Of a DNA stretch of 64,000 bases, positions 56,324 to 64,000 are shown in pieces; the first letter of the stretch is position 1; each line of letters starts with the position of its first letter. Both the position numbers and the translations under genes were made by a program. The DNA is from Candidatus Omnitrophota bacterium (GTDB lineage Bacteria > Omnitrophota > Gorgyraeia > JABMSB01): positions 310-64,309 of the forward strand of contig JABMSB010000031.1 in NCBI GenBank assembly GCA_013202205.1. The letters run 5' to 3'. The notes under the pieces were generated by a model that ran no database searches, had not been told where the DNA came from, and was given only the letters and a program-made list of their open reading frames with translations.

Positions 56324-57832
56324 ATGACAAAAAATAGAAAGAGACTTATCGTCCTCGGAATAGATAGTTTAGATTCAGTTTTGCTGAATAGATTCGAACC
56401 CTTCTTACCTAATTTTAAGAGACTAAAAGAACAAATGCCGACTCTAAAATATTCCTCTGTTTTACCTCCTGATTCTATAACTGCATGGGCCAGTATATAT
56501 ACGGGTTGCGATCCCGCAAAACACGGGAGAGTTTATTTTATTGCCGTAGATAAGGTCAATGAGGCCATATATAACGAAATAGATAATAATGACTTTCATG
56601 GAAAGACGTTTTGGGATATAGCAAGCGATGCCAAAAAGAAAGTGTGTGTCCTTTTTCCCCATATAGGGTATCCACCGTGGAAGGTCAATGGTCTAATGGT
56701 GTCGAAAGCCATAACCAAAGAAGAAATAAGAAGTTACCCTGAATCAGCAATCAGGGGTTACGATCTATCAGATGTTAAAAGGTTAAGAGGCGTTCCGACA
56801 GTTTTTCAACGTAAACGTTATATAAAAGATGCACAGCGCCTACTTTTAAATGAAGAGAGTTTTGGATTGCGTATATATGAAGATTATAAGCCAGATCTAT
56901 TTTTCCTTTATTCCAGCGTCTTAGATTTTATAGAACATAACTTTTGGAGTCTTTGCGACAAAGATGACCCTGCTTACCCAGGATCAAATTCATATGAGGA
57001 AGTGATTAAAAAGTTCTACAAGCTCTATGATAATATGCTGGGCAAGTTTTTAAAGTTGCTTGACTCCGAGACAACACTTATGGTATTAAGTGACCATGGC
57101 CACGGTATGAGGCCGGTTAAGTTATTCAATATAAACGAATTCTTAAGACGTGAGGGGGCCTTAGCATCAAAGATAAAAAGCACCCACTTCTACGACCCAT
57201 ATTTCGCAATAGAGCAGCTAAAACACTGCCTTACATTTTTAATAGACAAATTTAGTAAATACGGACTGGGTAATTTGGCAATTTCTGTACTCCACTATTT
57301 TACGGCCGGCAGGAAGCTTTACAAGGCACCATCATATATAGATTGGGATAAGACATTAGCGCATCTGGCAGACCTATCAGGAGTAAAGGCATATTCTTAT
57401 GGAGGGATCGTTATCCGGATGGATAACCTGAAGCAGCAAAACTACGAACAGATACGAACTGAGATAATAGAGAAACTACGAAACATAAAAATTCCTTCCT
57501 CGGGGAAGGCATTATTTAAACTGGTTTGCAGAAGAGAGGATCTTTACAAAGGCAAACACATTTCTAAGTTTCCCGATATACTTTTTGAGCTCTCAGATGA
57601 GTATGGGGCGGGGTGGAGTGTCAATTCCTCGTTATTTGGCAGGACCTATTCACATAAGCTGCATGCCGGAACTCACAAAAGAGATACAGGGGTATTTTTG
57701 ATATCCAACCCTGATAAAATAAGCAAAGATCTTAATGAAATAAGCTGTATGGATATAGCACCTACCGTGTTAGGTTTGCTAGATGTAAAAGGTGATTATT
57801 CTTTTGATGGAAGATGTATAGTGGAGGATTGA
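56324..57832 (+). CDS. Alkaline phosphatase superfamily / type I phosphodiesterase-nucleotide pyrophosphatase
   Basis: LGIDSLD, PPDSITAWASIYTG..PAKHG, LDFIEHNFW, LSDHGHG, GTH, DIAPTVL. Confidence 0.88.
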   Translation: MTKNRKRLIVLGIDSLDSVLLNRFEPFLPNFKRLKEQMPTLKYSSVLPPDSITAWASIYTGCDPAKHGRVYFIAVDKVNEAIYNEIDNNDFHGKTFWDIASDAKKKVCVLFPHIGYPPWKVNGLMVSKAITKEEIRSYPESAIRGYDLSDVKRLRGVPTVFQRKRYIKDAQRLLLNEESFGLRIYEDYKPDLFFLYSSVLDFIEHNFWSLCDKDDPAYPGSNSYEEVIKKFYKLYDNMLGKFLKLLDSETTLMVLSDHGHGMRPVKLFNINEFLRREGALASKIKSTHFYDPYFAIEQLKHCLTFLIDKFSKYGLGNLAISVLHYFTAGRKLYKAPSYIDWDKTLAHLADLSGVKAYSYGGIVIRMDNLKQQNYEQIRTEIIEKLRNIKIPSSGKALFKLVCRREDLYKGKHISKFPDILFELSDEYGAGWSVNSSLFGRTYSHKLHAGTHKRDTGVFLISNPDKISKDLNEISCMDIAPTVLGLLDVKGDYSFDGRCIVED

Positions 57833-57866
57833 GCGCGCAGGCAGGAAGGATAAGGTTTATTTAAGT

Positions 57867-58700
57867 ATGATAAACGTTCTAACTTTTGATACAGAAGAGT
57901 GGTTTCAATCGCATGAGCTGGGGATAGAACCACGCAATTGGCAGCATTTGGAATGCAGGGTTTGCGAGAGCGTGAAGAGGATCCTCGCTATCTTAAACGA
58001 GCGCGGTATCAAAGCGACATTTTTTGTTGTTGGATGGATTGCGCAGCGGTATCCAGAATTGGTGAGGGAGATAGTTAATGCGGGTCACGAGGTAGGCAGC
58101 CATGGCTATGCTCATGAGATAGTATATGAACAGACGCCTGAGGATTTTGAAGAAGATCTTAAAAAATCGCTGAATATATTAAAAGACATAACAGGCAAAG
58201 ATGTAATAGGCTATCGAGCGCCATATTATTCTATCACAAAAGATTCTTTGTGGGCCTTGGATATACTACAGAGGTATGGCCTGAAATACGATTCGAGTAT
58301 CTATCCTATTAGCTTAAGGATGTTTACCAAAGGAGGTATTAAGGGATATATATCGAAGCCATGTATAATAAAAGAAGGTTTATTCGAATTTCCTATGCCA
58401 GTTACAGAATTATGCAATTTCAAATTACCGGTGGCCACAGGCATCTATTTTCGTCTATTTCCTTATCGATTTACCAGGTGGGCAATAGAAAAGGCTAATA
58501 AAAGAGGCCTATTCGTAACCGTTAATCTTCACCCCTGGGAATTTGATCCTCTTCAGCCCAGGGTTAAGATGTCATTACCCTATAGCATAAAGCGTTATAC
58601 CAACTTGCATAAGACGGAACAAAGATTTCGCAGGTTGCTTGACGATTTCGACTTTACCAGTTGTAAACACAAGCTCAAGGAGATTTTTGAAGAAAGATGA
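57867..58700 (+). CDS. Polysaccharide deacetylase (PEP-CTERM-locus subfamily-like)
   Basis: LTFDTEEWF, ATFFVVGWIA, GHEVGSHGYAH, GYRAP, YDSSIYP, LHPWEFD. Confidence 0.9.
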   Translation: MINVLTFDTEEWFQSHELGIEPRNWQHLECRVCESVKRILAILNERGIKATFFVVGWIAQRYPELVREIVNAGHEVGSHGYAHEIVYEQTPEDFEEDLKKSLNILKDITGKDVIGYRAPYYSITKDSLWALDILQRYGLKYDSSIYPISLRMFTKGGIKGYISKPCIIKEGLFEFPMPVTELCNFKLPVATGIYFRLFPYRFTRWAIEKANKRGLFVTVNLHPWEFDPLQPRVKMSLPYSIKRYTNLHKTEQRFRRLLDDFDFTSCKHKLKEIFEER

Positions 58701-59922
58701 AGATAGCCTTTTTTAATCGCTCATTCCATCCTGATGTTGAAGCAGTGGGTTTGCTTTTAACGGAACTATGCGAAGAACTCACTAAGCGATACAACATCTC
58801 TACTACCGTTGTTGCGGGGTTACCCTATTATTCTGAAAATTCTCAATATCATAAGAAATTCCCTTTTGCGCGCGAACATTATCAAGGTACAAAGATTTTA
58901 AGGGTTTGGTCTCTTAGTTTGGACAAAAGCAAAACTTTTTGCAGATTCGCAAATTATGTCAGTTTTACCATTCTTTCTGTATTGGCAGGTTTTCGATTGG
59001 GGAAGCAAGATATCATAATTGCTCACACCAACCCTCCGACGGTTCCGATAGTTGCGTTTCTATTTGCTAAATTATATAGAGCAAAATTTATCTATTGGTG
59101 CAAAGAGATATTTCCTGAAACAGCAAATTTGCTCAAAGATTATCACAATAGACATATGGATAATATCTTGAATCGAGTTAATCGTTTCCTTTTTAAGAGA
59201 GCGGATAAGATAGTGGTGATTGGAGAGATGATGAAAAAACGTCTAGTGGAAGAGAAGGGTGCACCCGAAGAAAAGATAACAATAATACGCGACTGGGCGC
59301 GGTGTGACCGCATATATCCTGTGAAGGAAAGCAACCCTTTTAAGCTTAAATATGGCCTCGACGGAAAATTAGTAATAATGCATTCGGGAAATATAGGATT
59401 GGCGCAAGAGGTGGAAACGGTGGTAGAGGTGGCCAAGGCTTTCAATGATAGAAAAGATATAGTTTTTTTAATTGTAGGCGACGGGGCCAGGAAAAGGAAT
59501 TACAGAAAAAAGCCGAATCTTATGGTTTGACCAACGTGACCTTTTTGCCATTTCAACCAACTGAGACATTAAAATTTTCTCTTTCGGCAGCGGACATACA
59601 TATCGTTTCTTTAAAAAAAGGTTTTTCGGGTTATTTGGTACCCAGCAAGATATACAATATTCTGGCAACTGGCTGCGCCCTTATAGCCGCGGGGGATGCA
59701 GAATGTGAAATGGTAGATATGGTGCAAAAGTACGAATGTGGTTTTACGTGCCGCCCTGGAGATATTGAAGCTATAGTTTCTTTTATAGAAAAGTGCTATA
59801 ATAATCGCTCATTTCTTAAGCGGATTAGTGAAAATGCACGCAACACAGCGCTTCACTACGATTTTGAAAAGCCTCTTGATACAGCACATAAATTATTTTT
59901 GGAACTAACGCAACAAGGATAA
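58697..59922 (+). pseudogene. GT4 glycosyltransferase (WcaI/WbuB-like) split by a -1 frameshift near 59492-59511
   Basis: N-part (FHPD, TNPP, HSGNIGLAQ, VGDGARK) and C-part (ELQKKAESYGLTNVTFLPFQ, VPSKIYNILATG) lie in adjacent frames. Confidence 0.85.
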
Positions 59923-59933
59923 GGGCATCTAAT

Positions 59934-60962
59934 ATGAGTAGCATAATACAAGCTTTTTTGATAGCGCTAACTTTCGCAATTGTAATTACACCGATTGCAC
60001 GATATCTTGCTTTAAAATCTAATTTTGTCGATATACCAAATGATGAAAGAAAAATTCACAAAAAATCAATTCCTTTGCTGGGGGGATGGGCAATCTATCT
60101 TAGCATTGTTCTCACTTGTTTGTTTAAGTGGGATCTTTTGGCTGATAAGAACTTAATTTTTACTCTCGGGGCAATTACCCTCCTTTTAATAATAGGGACT
60201 CTCGACGATAAAGGAATGCTTAATTCGCAGACAAAACTTATAATCGGAATGCCCATAGCATCTTTGGTGCTTATATCTATCGGCATAAGAATCGATTTTT
60301 TCTCTATGTTTTTAAAACCCCCGTATGGAAATATTCTAGATATCTTATTTACGCTTTTTTGGATAACGGGGTTTACGGCATCTTTTTCAATACTGGATCA
60401 TATGGATGGTTTAAACGTTGGCATAACCGCAATCGCATCAGCTTTCTTTTTGGTTCATTTTATTAATTGCGGTTATGATATGCTGGCAGTAATTTCTGCA
60501 ATTTGTTTAGGTAGTTCGGTTGGTTTTTTGGTCTTTAATTTTCATCCAGCAAAAATATTTCTTGGGGATGGAGGTGCCATGATAACCGGTTTCCTCATGG
60601 CATTTTTGAGTTTAAAAATGCCGGTTCAGAATAGGTATATTGTCTCGAGAGTCGTCACACCGCTGTTGATACTGGTTGTCCCATTTTTCGATACTTCTCT
60701 TTGTATTTTTTCTCGTTCACGCAGAGGTTTGTTGCCTCCTACTGCGCCCGGCAAGGACCATATAGCCCATAGGCTAATGAAATCAGGTTTTGGACAGAAA
60801 AAAACCGCAATGATTTTGTATACCATGGCAATCTTGGGAGGTGTGCTTTCCCTGTTTCTCTCAGCGCTTAGCAAGACAACAACCTGTATTTTTATACTCA
60901 TATCTATCGTTATCTATGTGTCAACAATTTTAAGTATAGAACGATTGCCATATGAAAAATAG
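59934..60962 (+). CDS. wecA: WecA/TagO-like polyprenyl-phosphate HexNAc-1-phosphate transferase (MraY family)
   Basis: VDIPNDERKIH..PLLGG, GTLDD, DHMDGL, FNFHPAKIFLGDGG, DHIAHRL. Confidence 0.88.
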   Translation: MSSIIQAFLIALTFAIVITPIARYLALKSNFVDIPNDERKIHKKSIPLLGGWAIYLSIVLTCLFKWDLLADKNLIFTLGAITLLLIIGTLDDKGMLNSQTKLIIGMPIASLVLISIGIRIDFFSMFLKPPYGNILDILFTLFWITGFTASFSILDHMDGLNVGITAIASAFFLVHFINCGYDMLAVISAICLGSSVGFLVFNFHPAKIFLGDGGAMITGFLMAFLSLKMPVQNRYIVSRVVTPLLILVVPFFDTSLCIFSRSRRGLLPPTAPGKDHIAHRLMKSGFGQKKTAMILYTMAILGGVLSLFLSALSKTTTCIFILISIVIYVSTILSIERLPYEK

Positions 60963-60998
60963 TCGAGACATATCTTTCTAACGTAAAAGAGGGTAATT

Positions 60999-62003
60999 AT
61001 GGGTCTTCATCAAGGTAAGAAAATTCTAGTAACGGGTGGGTGCGGTTTTATCGGTTCCTACCTCGTAGAGAGATTGATTTCCGAAGGGAACGAAGTCGTC
61101 GTTATTGATGATTTATCGACAGGAATAAAGACGAATATAGAGCATCTGTTGAATAATAAGTATTTTCAGTTCATAAATGACACAATATTTAACTATAGGA
61201 AGATGGAAGAGGTTCTGCAAGGCTGTGACGAGATATATCACCTCGCGGCCTCTGTGGGCGTGAAATATGTAGTAGAGCATCCTGTGGAATCGATCAGGAT
61301 TAATATTAGAGGGACCGAGATAGTGCTTGAGTTAGCAAACCGGTATCACAAGAAGATATTTATCGTTTCATCATCGGAGGTGTATGGAAAGAATATGAAA
61401 CGTATTTTAAATGAAGATGACGATTCCCTCTTAGGTGGCCCAAAGGTACTCCGCTGGAATTATGGACATGCGAAAGCGATAGACGAATTCCTGGCGTTAG
61501 CATATCATATGGAAAAGGGGTTAGAGGTTGTTGTGGGGAGGCTTTTTAATACTTGTGGACCCAGACAGGTTGGGACATACGGAATGGTTATTCCTCGCTT
61601 CATAGAACAGGCATTGAAGGGTGATCCGATAATGGTATATGGTAACGGAAAGCAGGTCAGGGCATTCTGTCATGTGTCAGATACAATAGAAGGCATATTG
61701 CGATTGATGAATCATCCGAAAGCCGTGGGGGATGTATTCAATATTGGCAATCCAGAAGGTATTACCATTTTTAAATTGGCTAAAAAGATCCGAGAGATGA
61801 CGAATAGCAAATCAAAAATTATACTCGTACCCTACAAAAAGGTATTCAGTCAAAATTTTGAAGATATACGTTATCGAGTCCCCGACATAAGGAAGATCGG
61901 AAAGTTAACGGGATATTCGCCAAGAGTGACTCTGGATCAGCTACTCGAGCAGACGATAGCATGGTTTAAAGAGGAGCTCAAAAAGGTCAAGGAGGGCGTG
62001 TAG
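60999..62003 (+). CDS. NAD-dependent nucleotide-sugar epimerase/dehydratase
   Basis: VTGGCGFIGS, HLAASVGV, SSSEVYG, YGHAK, RLFNTCGPRQ. Confidence 0.9.
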   Translation: MGLHQGKKILVTGGCGFIGSYLVERLISEGNEVVVIDDLSTGIKTNIEHLLNNKYFQFINDTIFNYRKMEEVLQGCDEIYHLAASVGVKYVVEHPVESIRINIRGTEIVLELANRYHKKIFIVSSSEVYGKNMKRILNEDDDSLLGGPKVLRWNYGHAKAIDEFLALAYHMEKGLEVVVGRLFNTCGPRQVGTYGMVIPRFIEQALKGDPIMVYGNGKQVRAFCHVSDTIEGILRLMNHPKAVGDVFNIGNPEGITIFKLAKKIREMTNSKSKIILVPYKKVFSQNFEDIRYRVPDIRKIGKLTGYSPRVTLDQLLEQTIAWFKEELKKVKEGV

Positions 62004-62022
62004 TGAAGAGGGGCTTATATAC

Positions 62023-63192
62023 ATGAGGGATGTTGCTATTATCGGGGCGGGGCCCATAGGGAACTACGTGGGATATCTGCTTGCTACGGCCGGACTGGAT
62101 GTTGTGCTTCTTGAAGAACATGCTGTGGTAGGGGAGCCGGCGCACTGTACCGGGATTATAGGGATGGATGCCTTTGAGCAATTTGACCTGCCGCGCAACG
62201 CTGTGGTGGGCGAGCTTAAGAAGGTCAAGATTATCTCTCCCCATAGAAAGATCTTTGATTATGATTTTGATACATCGCAGGCATTAGTTGTGGATCGCTC
62301 AAAGTTCGATAGAGGGATAGCCCAGATGGCTATCCTCAACGGTGCACAGCTGATGATGGATGCCACGGCAACGGGCATTGAGGTGTTGAAGGATCGTGTC
62401 GATATTAAAATCAGAAAAGATGGCAGGATCAAGCGGATAGCGGCTAAGATGGCCGTGATATCGACAGGACTGCATTACGGTCTTCAAGAGCGGCTCGGGA
62501 TGGGCAAGCCGCGGGATTTTTTGAAATGTGCCCAGGTTGAAACGGATGTTATGGACCGCAATGATTACGTTGAGGTCTATTTCGGCAAGAGGTTGGCGCC
62601 GGGCTCATTCGCCTGGGTCGTCCCCATTGAGACGGGTAATGGGCCTAGGGCTCGAATAGGATTAAGTAGTACGCAGTCGGCATCTGCGTATCTTGATAAA
62701 TTTCTTGTTTCGCTTAATTCCAGGGTGTTGAATGCCGAACATCTAGATGTTAAACGCAGCGCCATACCGCTTACGCCCATCGCCAGGACATTTCATAATA
62801 GAGTACTTGCCGTCGGCGATGCGGCCGGGGTCGTGAAGCCGAGCACAGGAGGAGGTGTATTTTATGGCCTGATATGTGCCGGCATAGCTGCTGAAGTTGT
62901 AAAGAAGGCCTTCAAGATAGGGCGGTTTGATCAAAGGGTTTTGAGTGAATATGAGAGGCAGTGGAAGAAGAGGTTGGGGCTTGAATTGAAGATAGGATAC
63001 TATTTTCGGAGAGTCGCTTCTAAATTTACAGATGCGCAACTCAATGATTTGTTTGAGGTTATAACTTCCGATGAGGTGTTGCCGCTTTTAAGGCGTAAAG
63101 CTAAGTTCGATTGGCATAAGGACTTAATGCTTTCCATAGTAAAGCAGGCAGCGGTGAGAAATCTCTTTTTTGGCAGTTTAATGAAGATGTAA
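62023..63192 (+). CDS. Geranylgeranyl reductase-family FAD-dependent oxidoreductase
   Basis: DVAIIGAGPIG, GEPAHCTG, VDRSKFD, APGSFAWVVP, VGDAAGVVKPSTGGGV. Confidence 0.88.
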   Translation: MRDVAIIGAGPIGNYVGYLLATAGLDVVLLEEHAVVGEPAHCTGIIGMDAFEQFDLPRNAVVGELKKVKIISPHRKIFDYDFDTSQALVVDRSKFDRGIAQMAILNGAQLMMDATATGIEVLKDRVDIKIRKDGRIKRIAAKMAVISTGLHYGLQERLGMGKPRDFLKCAQVETDVMDRNDYVEVYFGKRLAPGSFAWVVPIETGNGPRARIGLSSTQSASAYLDKFLVSLNSRVLNAEHLDVKRSAIPLTPIARTFHNRVLAVGDAAGVVKPSTGGGVFYGLICAGIAAEVVKKAFKIGRFDQRVLSEYERQWKKRLGLELKIGYYFRRVASKFTDAQLNDLFEVITSDEVLPLLRRKAKFDWHKDLMLSIVKQAAVRNLFFGSLMKM

Positions 63193-63242
63193 TATACTTT
63201 AACCCTTTTATTTATAATAAGTTACAAAATTATGAATCAAAC

Positions 63243-63271
63243 TTGCTAAATCCCCATTCTTGTGATATACT
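63243..63271 (+). promoter_or_regulatory. Putative sigma70 promoter
   Basis: TTGCTA-N17-TATACT with extended -10 TG. Confidence 0.55.
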
Positions 63272-63292
63272 TAATAATAGGGGGTGAGGGAG

Positions 63293-63580
63293 ATGCGAAA
63301 ATTAAGAGTACTATGTTTGGTTGTAGTAGCCACTATCTGGTTGGGAAGTGTAACTTGTTATGGTGAGAATATAGTTTCACCCCATACTTCGAAACAGGAT
63401 ACCACGGATGTCTTGACAGTTTCTGATGGTAAGCCAGAGCAAACAGAAGCGAACTACCAAATCATAAAAATGTCAAAATTAATTGAGGGGTATACGTTAC
63501 TTCTTGTAGGAAAGATAAAAGACTTTTTGGATTCTATGCAAGAAAATATGTCAACTACCAAAGAAGAGCTGTCACGCTAA
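63293..63580 (+). CDS. Small hypothetical secreted protein
   Basis: GAGGGAG RBS; signal-peptide-like MRKLRVLCLVVVATIWLGSVTCYG; has its own promoter and terminator. Confidence 0.6.
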   Translation: MRKLRVLCLVVVATIWLGSVTCYGENIVSPHTSKQDTTDVLTVSDGKPEQTEANYQIIKMSKLIEGYTLLLVGKIKDFLDSMQENMSTTKEELSR

Positions 63581-63602
63581 TTTTTACCTTAACTTGAATT
63601 TT

Positions 63603-63633
63603 AAAATAACCGCTTCAAAAAAGCGGTTATTTT
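63603..63633. terminator. Bidirectional rho-independent terminator
   Basis: AAAATAACCGCTT-CAAAA-AAGCGGTTATTTT between convergent genes. Confidence 0.8.
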
Positions 63634-63998
63634 TATGCTCGCTTATCAAGAACGAAAGAGCTAATATTGAGCGATTTGGCCTTCTTCTTTACTTCGGCGC
63701 ATATGTTGGTTACTTCCGCGTAGCTCTGGATGGGTCTCTGCTCATTTGTAACACCTGCTAAGGATATGGTCATTATAGGGAATTTTTTTATCTGGCTATC
63801 CCTTGAGCTCGCCATTATAAACCCCTGGTCAAGGTCTTCTTTGCTGTAAAACTGCCTTATACGCTTGTCAAATTCTTTGCATATATAATCTGTGATTGTC
63901 TTCGTTTTATCCGGTGTGGTTATCATCACAAAGTCATCTCCGCCTTCATGGCCAAGAAGGTCATCCGAGTTGCCGTGCTTTAAACTCTCTTTCAGTAT
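63633..63998 (-). CDS. GGDEF-domain protein (GGDDF variant), 5'-partial
   Basis: The frame is open to the window edge: ILKESLKHGNSDDLLGHEGGDDFVMIT...FPIMTISLAGV...AEVKKKAK. Confidence 0.85.
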   Translation of the reverse strand: MLKESLKHGNSDDLLGHEGGDDFVMITTPDKTKTITDYICKEFDKRIRQFYSKEDLDQGFIMASSRDSQIKKFPIMTISLAGVTNEQRPIQSYAEVTNICAEVKKKAKSLNISSFVLDKRA

Positions 63999-64000
63999 AT

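Noticed and set aside
57867-58700. PEP-CTERM/exosortase system implied by the deacetylase subfamily
   Set aside because: No exosortase gene or PEP-CTERM tail is seen in this window.

Overview
A 64-kb chromosomal segment from a Gram-negative (diderm) bacterium. Gene content and style suggest a PVC-like lineage, possibly Ca. Omnitrophota; this is inference only. There are four blocks. (1) 1-3.4 kb: the 3' end of a large Ig/cadherin-repeat surface protein, then a very acidic secreted HExxH protein flanked by a 44-bp direct repeat. (2) 3.4-28 kb: a long co-oriented housekeeping run: hisG, TPR protein, split transketolase with an FtsH-like protease and a lipoprotein between its halves, ispE, spoVG, tRNA-Gln, clpX, glmU, prs, rplY, pth, rpsF, ssb, rpsR, rplI, dnaB, bamA, skp, lpxD, lpxC-fabZ, lpxA, lpxI, nadE. 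It also holds two tiny basic ORFs missing from the ORF track (a bS22-type ribosomal protein and an ArfA-like candidate) and a structured repeat derived from the tRNA 3' end. (3) 28-32.7 kb: an AAA_14/DUF4143-type ATPase and a reverse-strand gnnB-gnnA-lpxB unit, suggesting diaminoglucose-type lipid A. (4) 32.8-63.2 kb: a roughly 30-kb Wzx/Wzy-type glycan locus headed by a PilZ gene. It contains an OM beta-barrel, an OPX protein with an unusual N-terminal membrane anchor and coiled coil, Wzc, two Wzy_C proteins, three radical-SAM enzymes, three methyltransferases, a GT4-kinase fusion, WecA and a geranylgeranyl reductase, plus many deletion scars (IS200 remnant, ligase/GT/PilZ relics, a frameshifted GT). 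The window ends in a partial GGDEF gene. A TAAC-N17-GTTA palindrome recurs in four intergenic regions beside accessory genes. All calls come from motifs read by eye; no database search was run.
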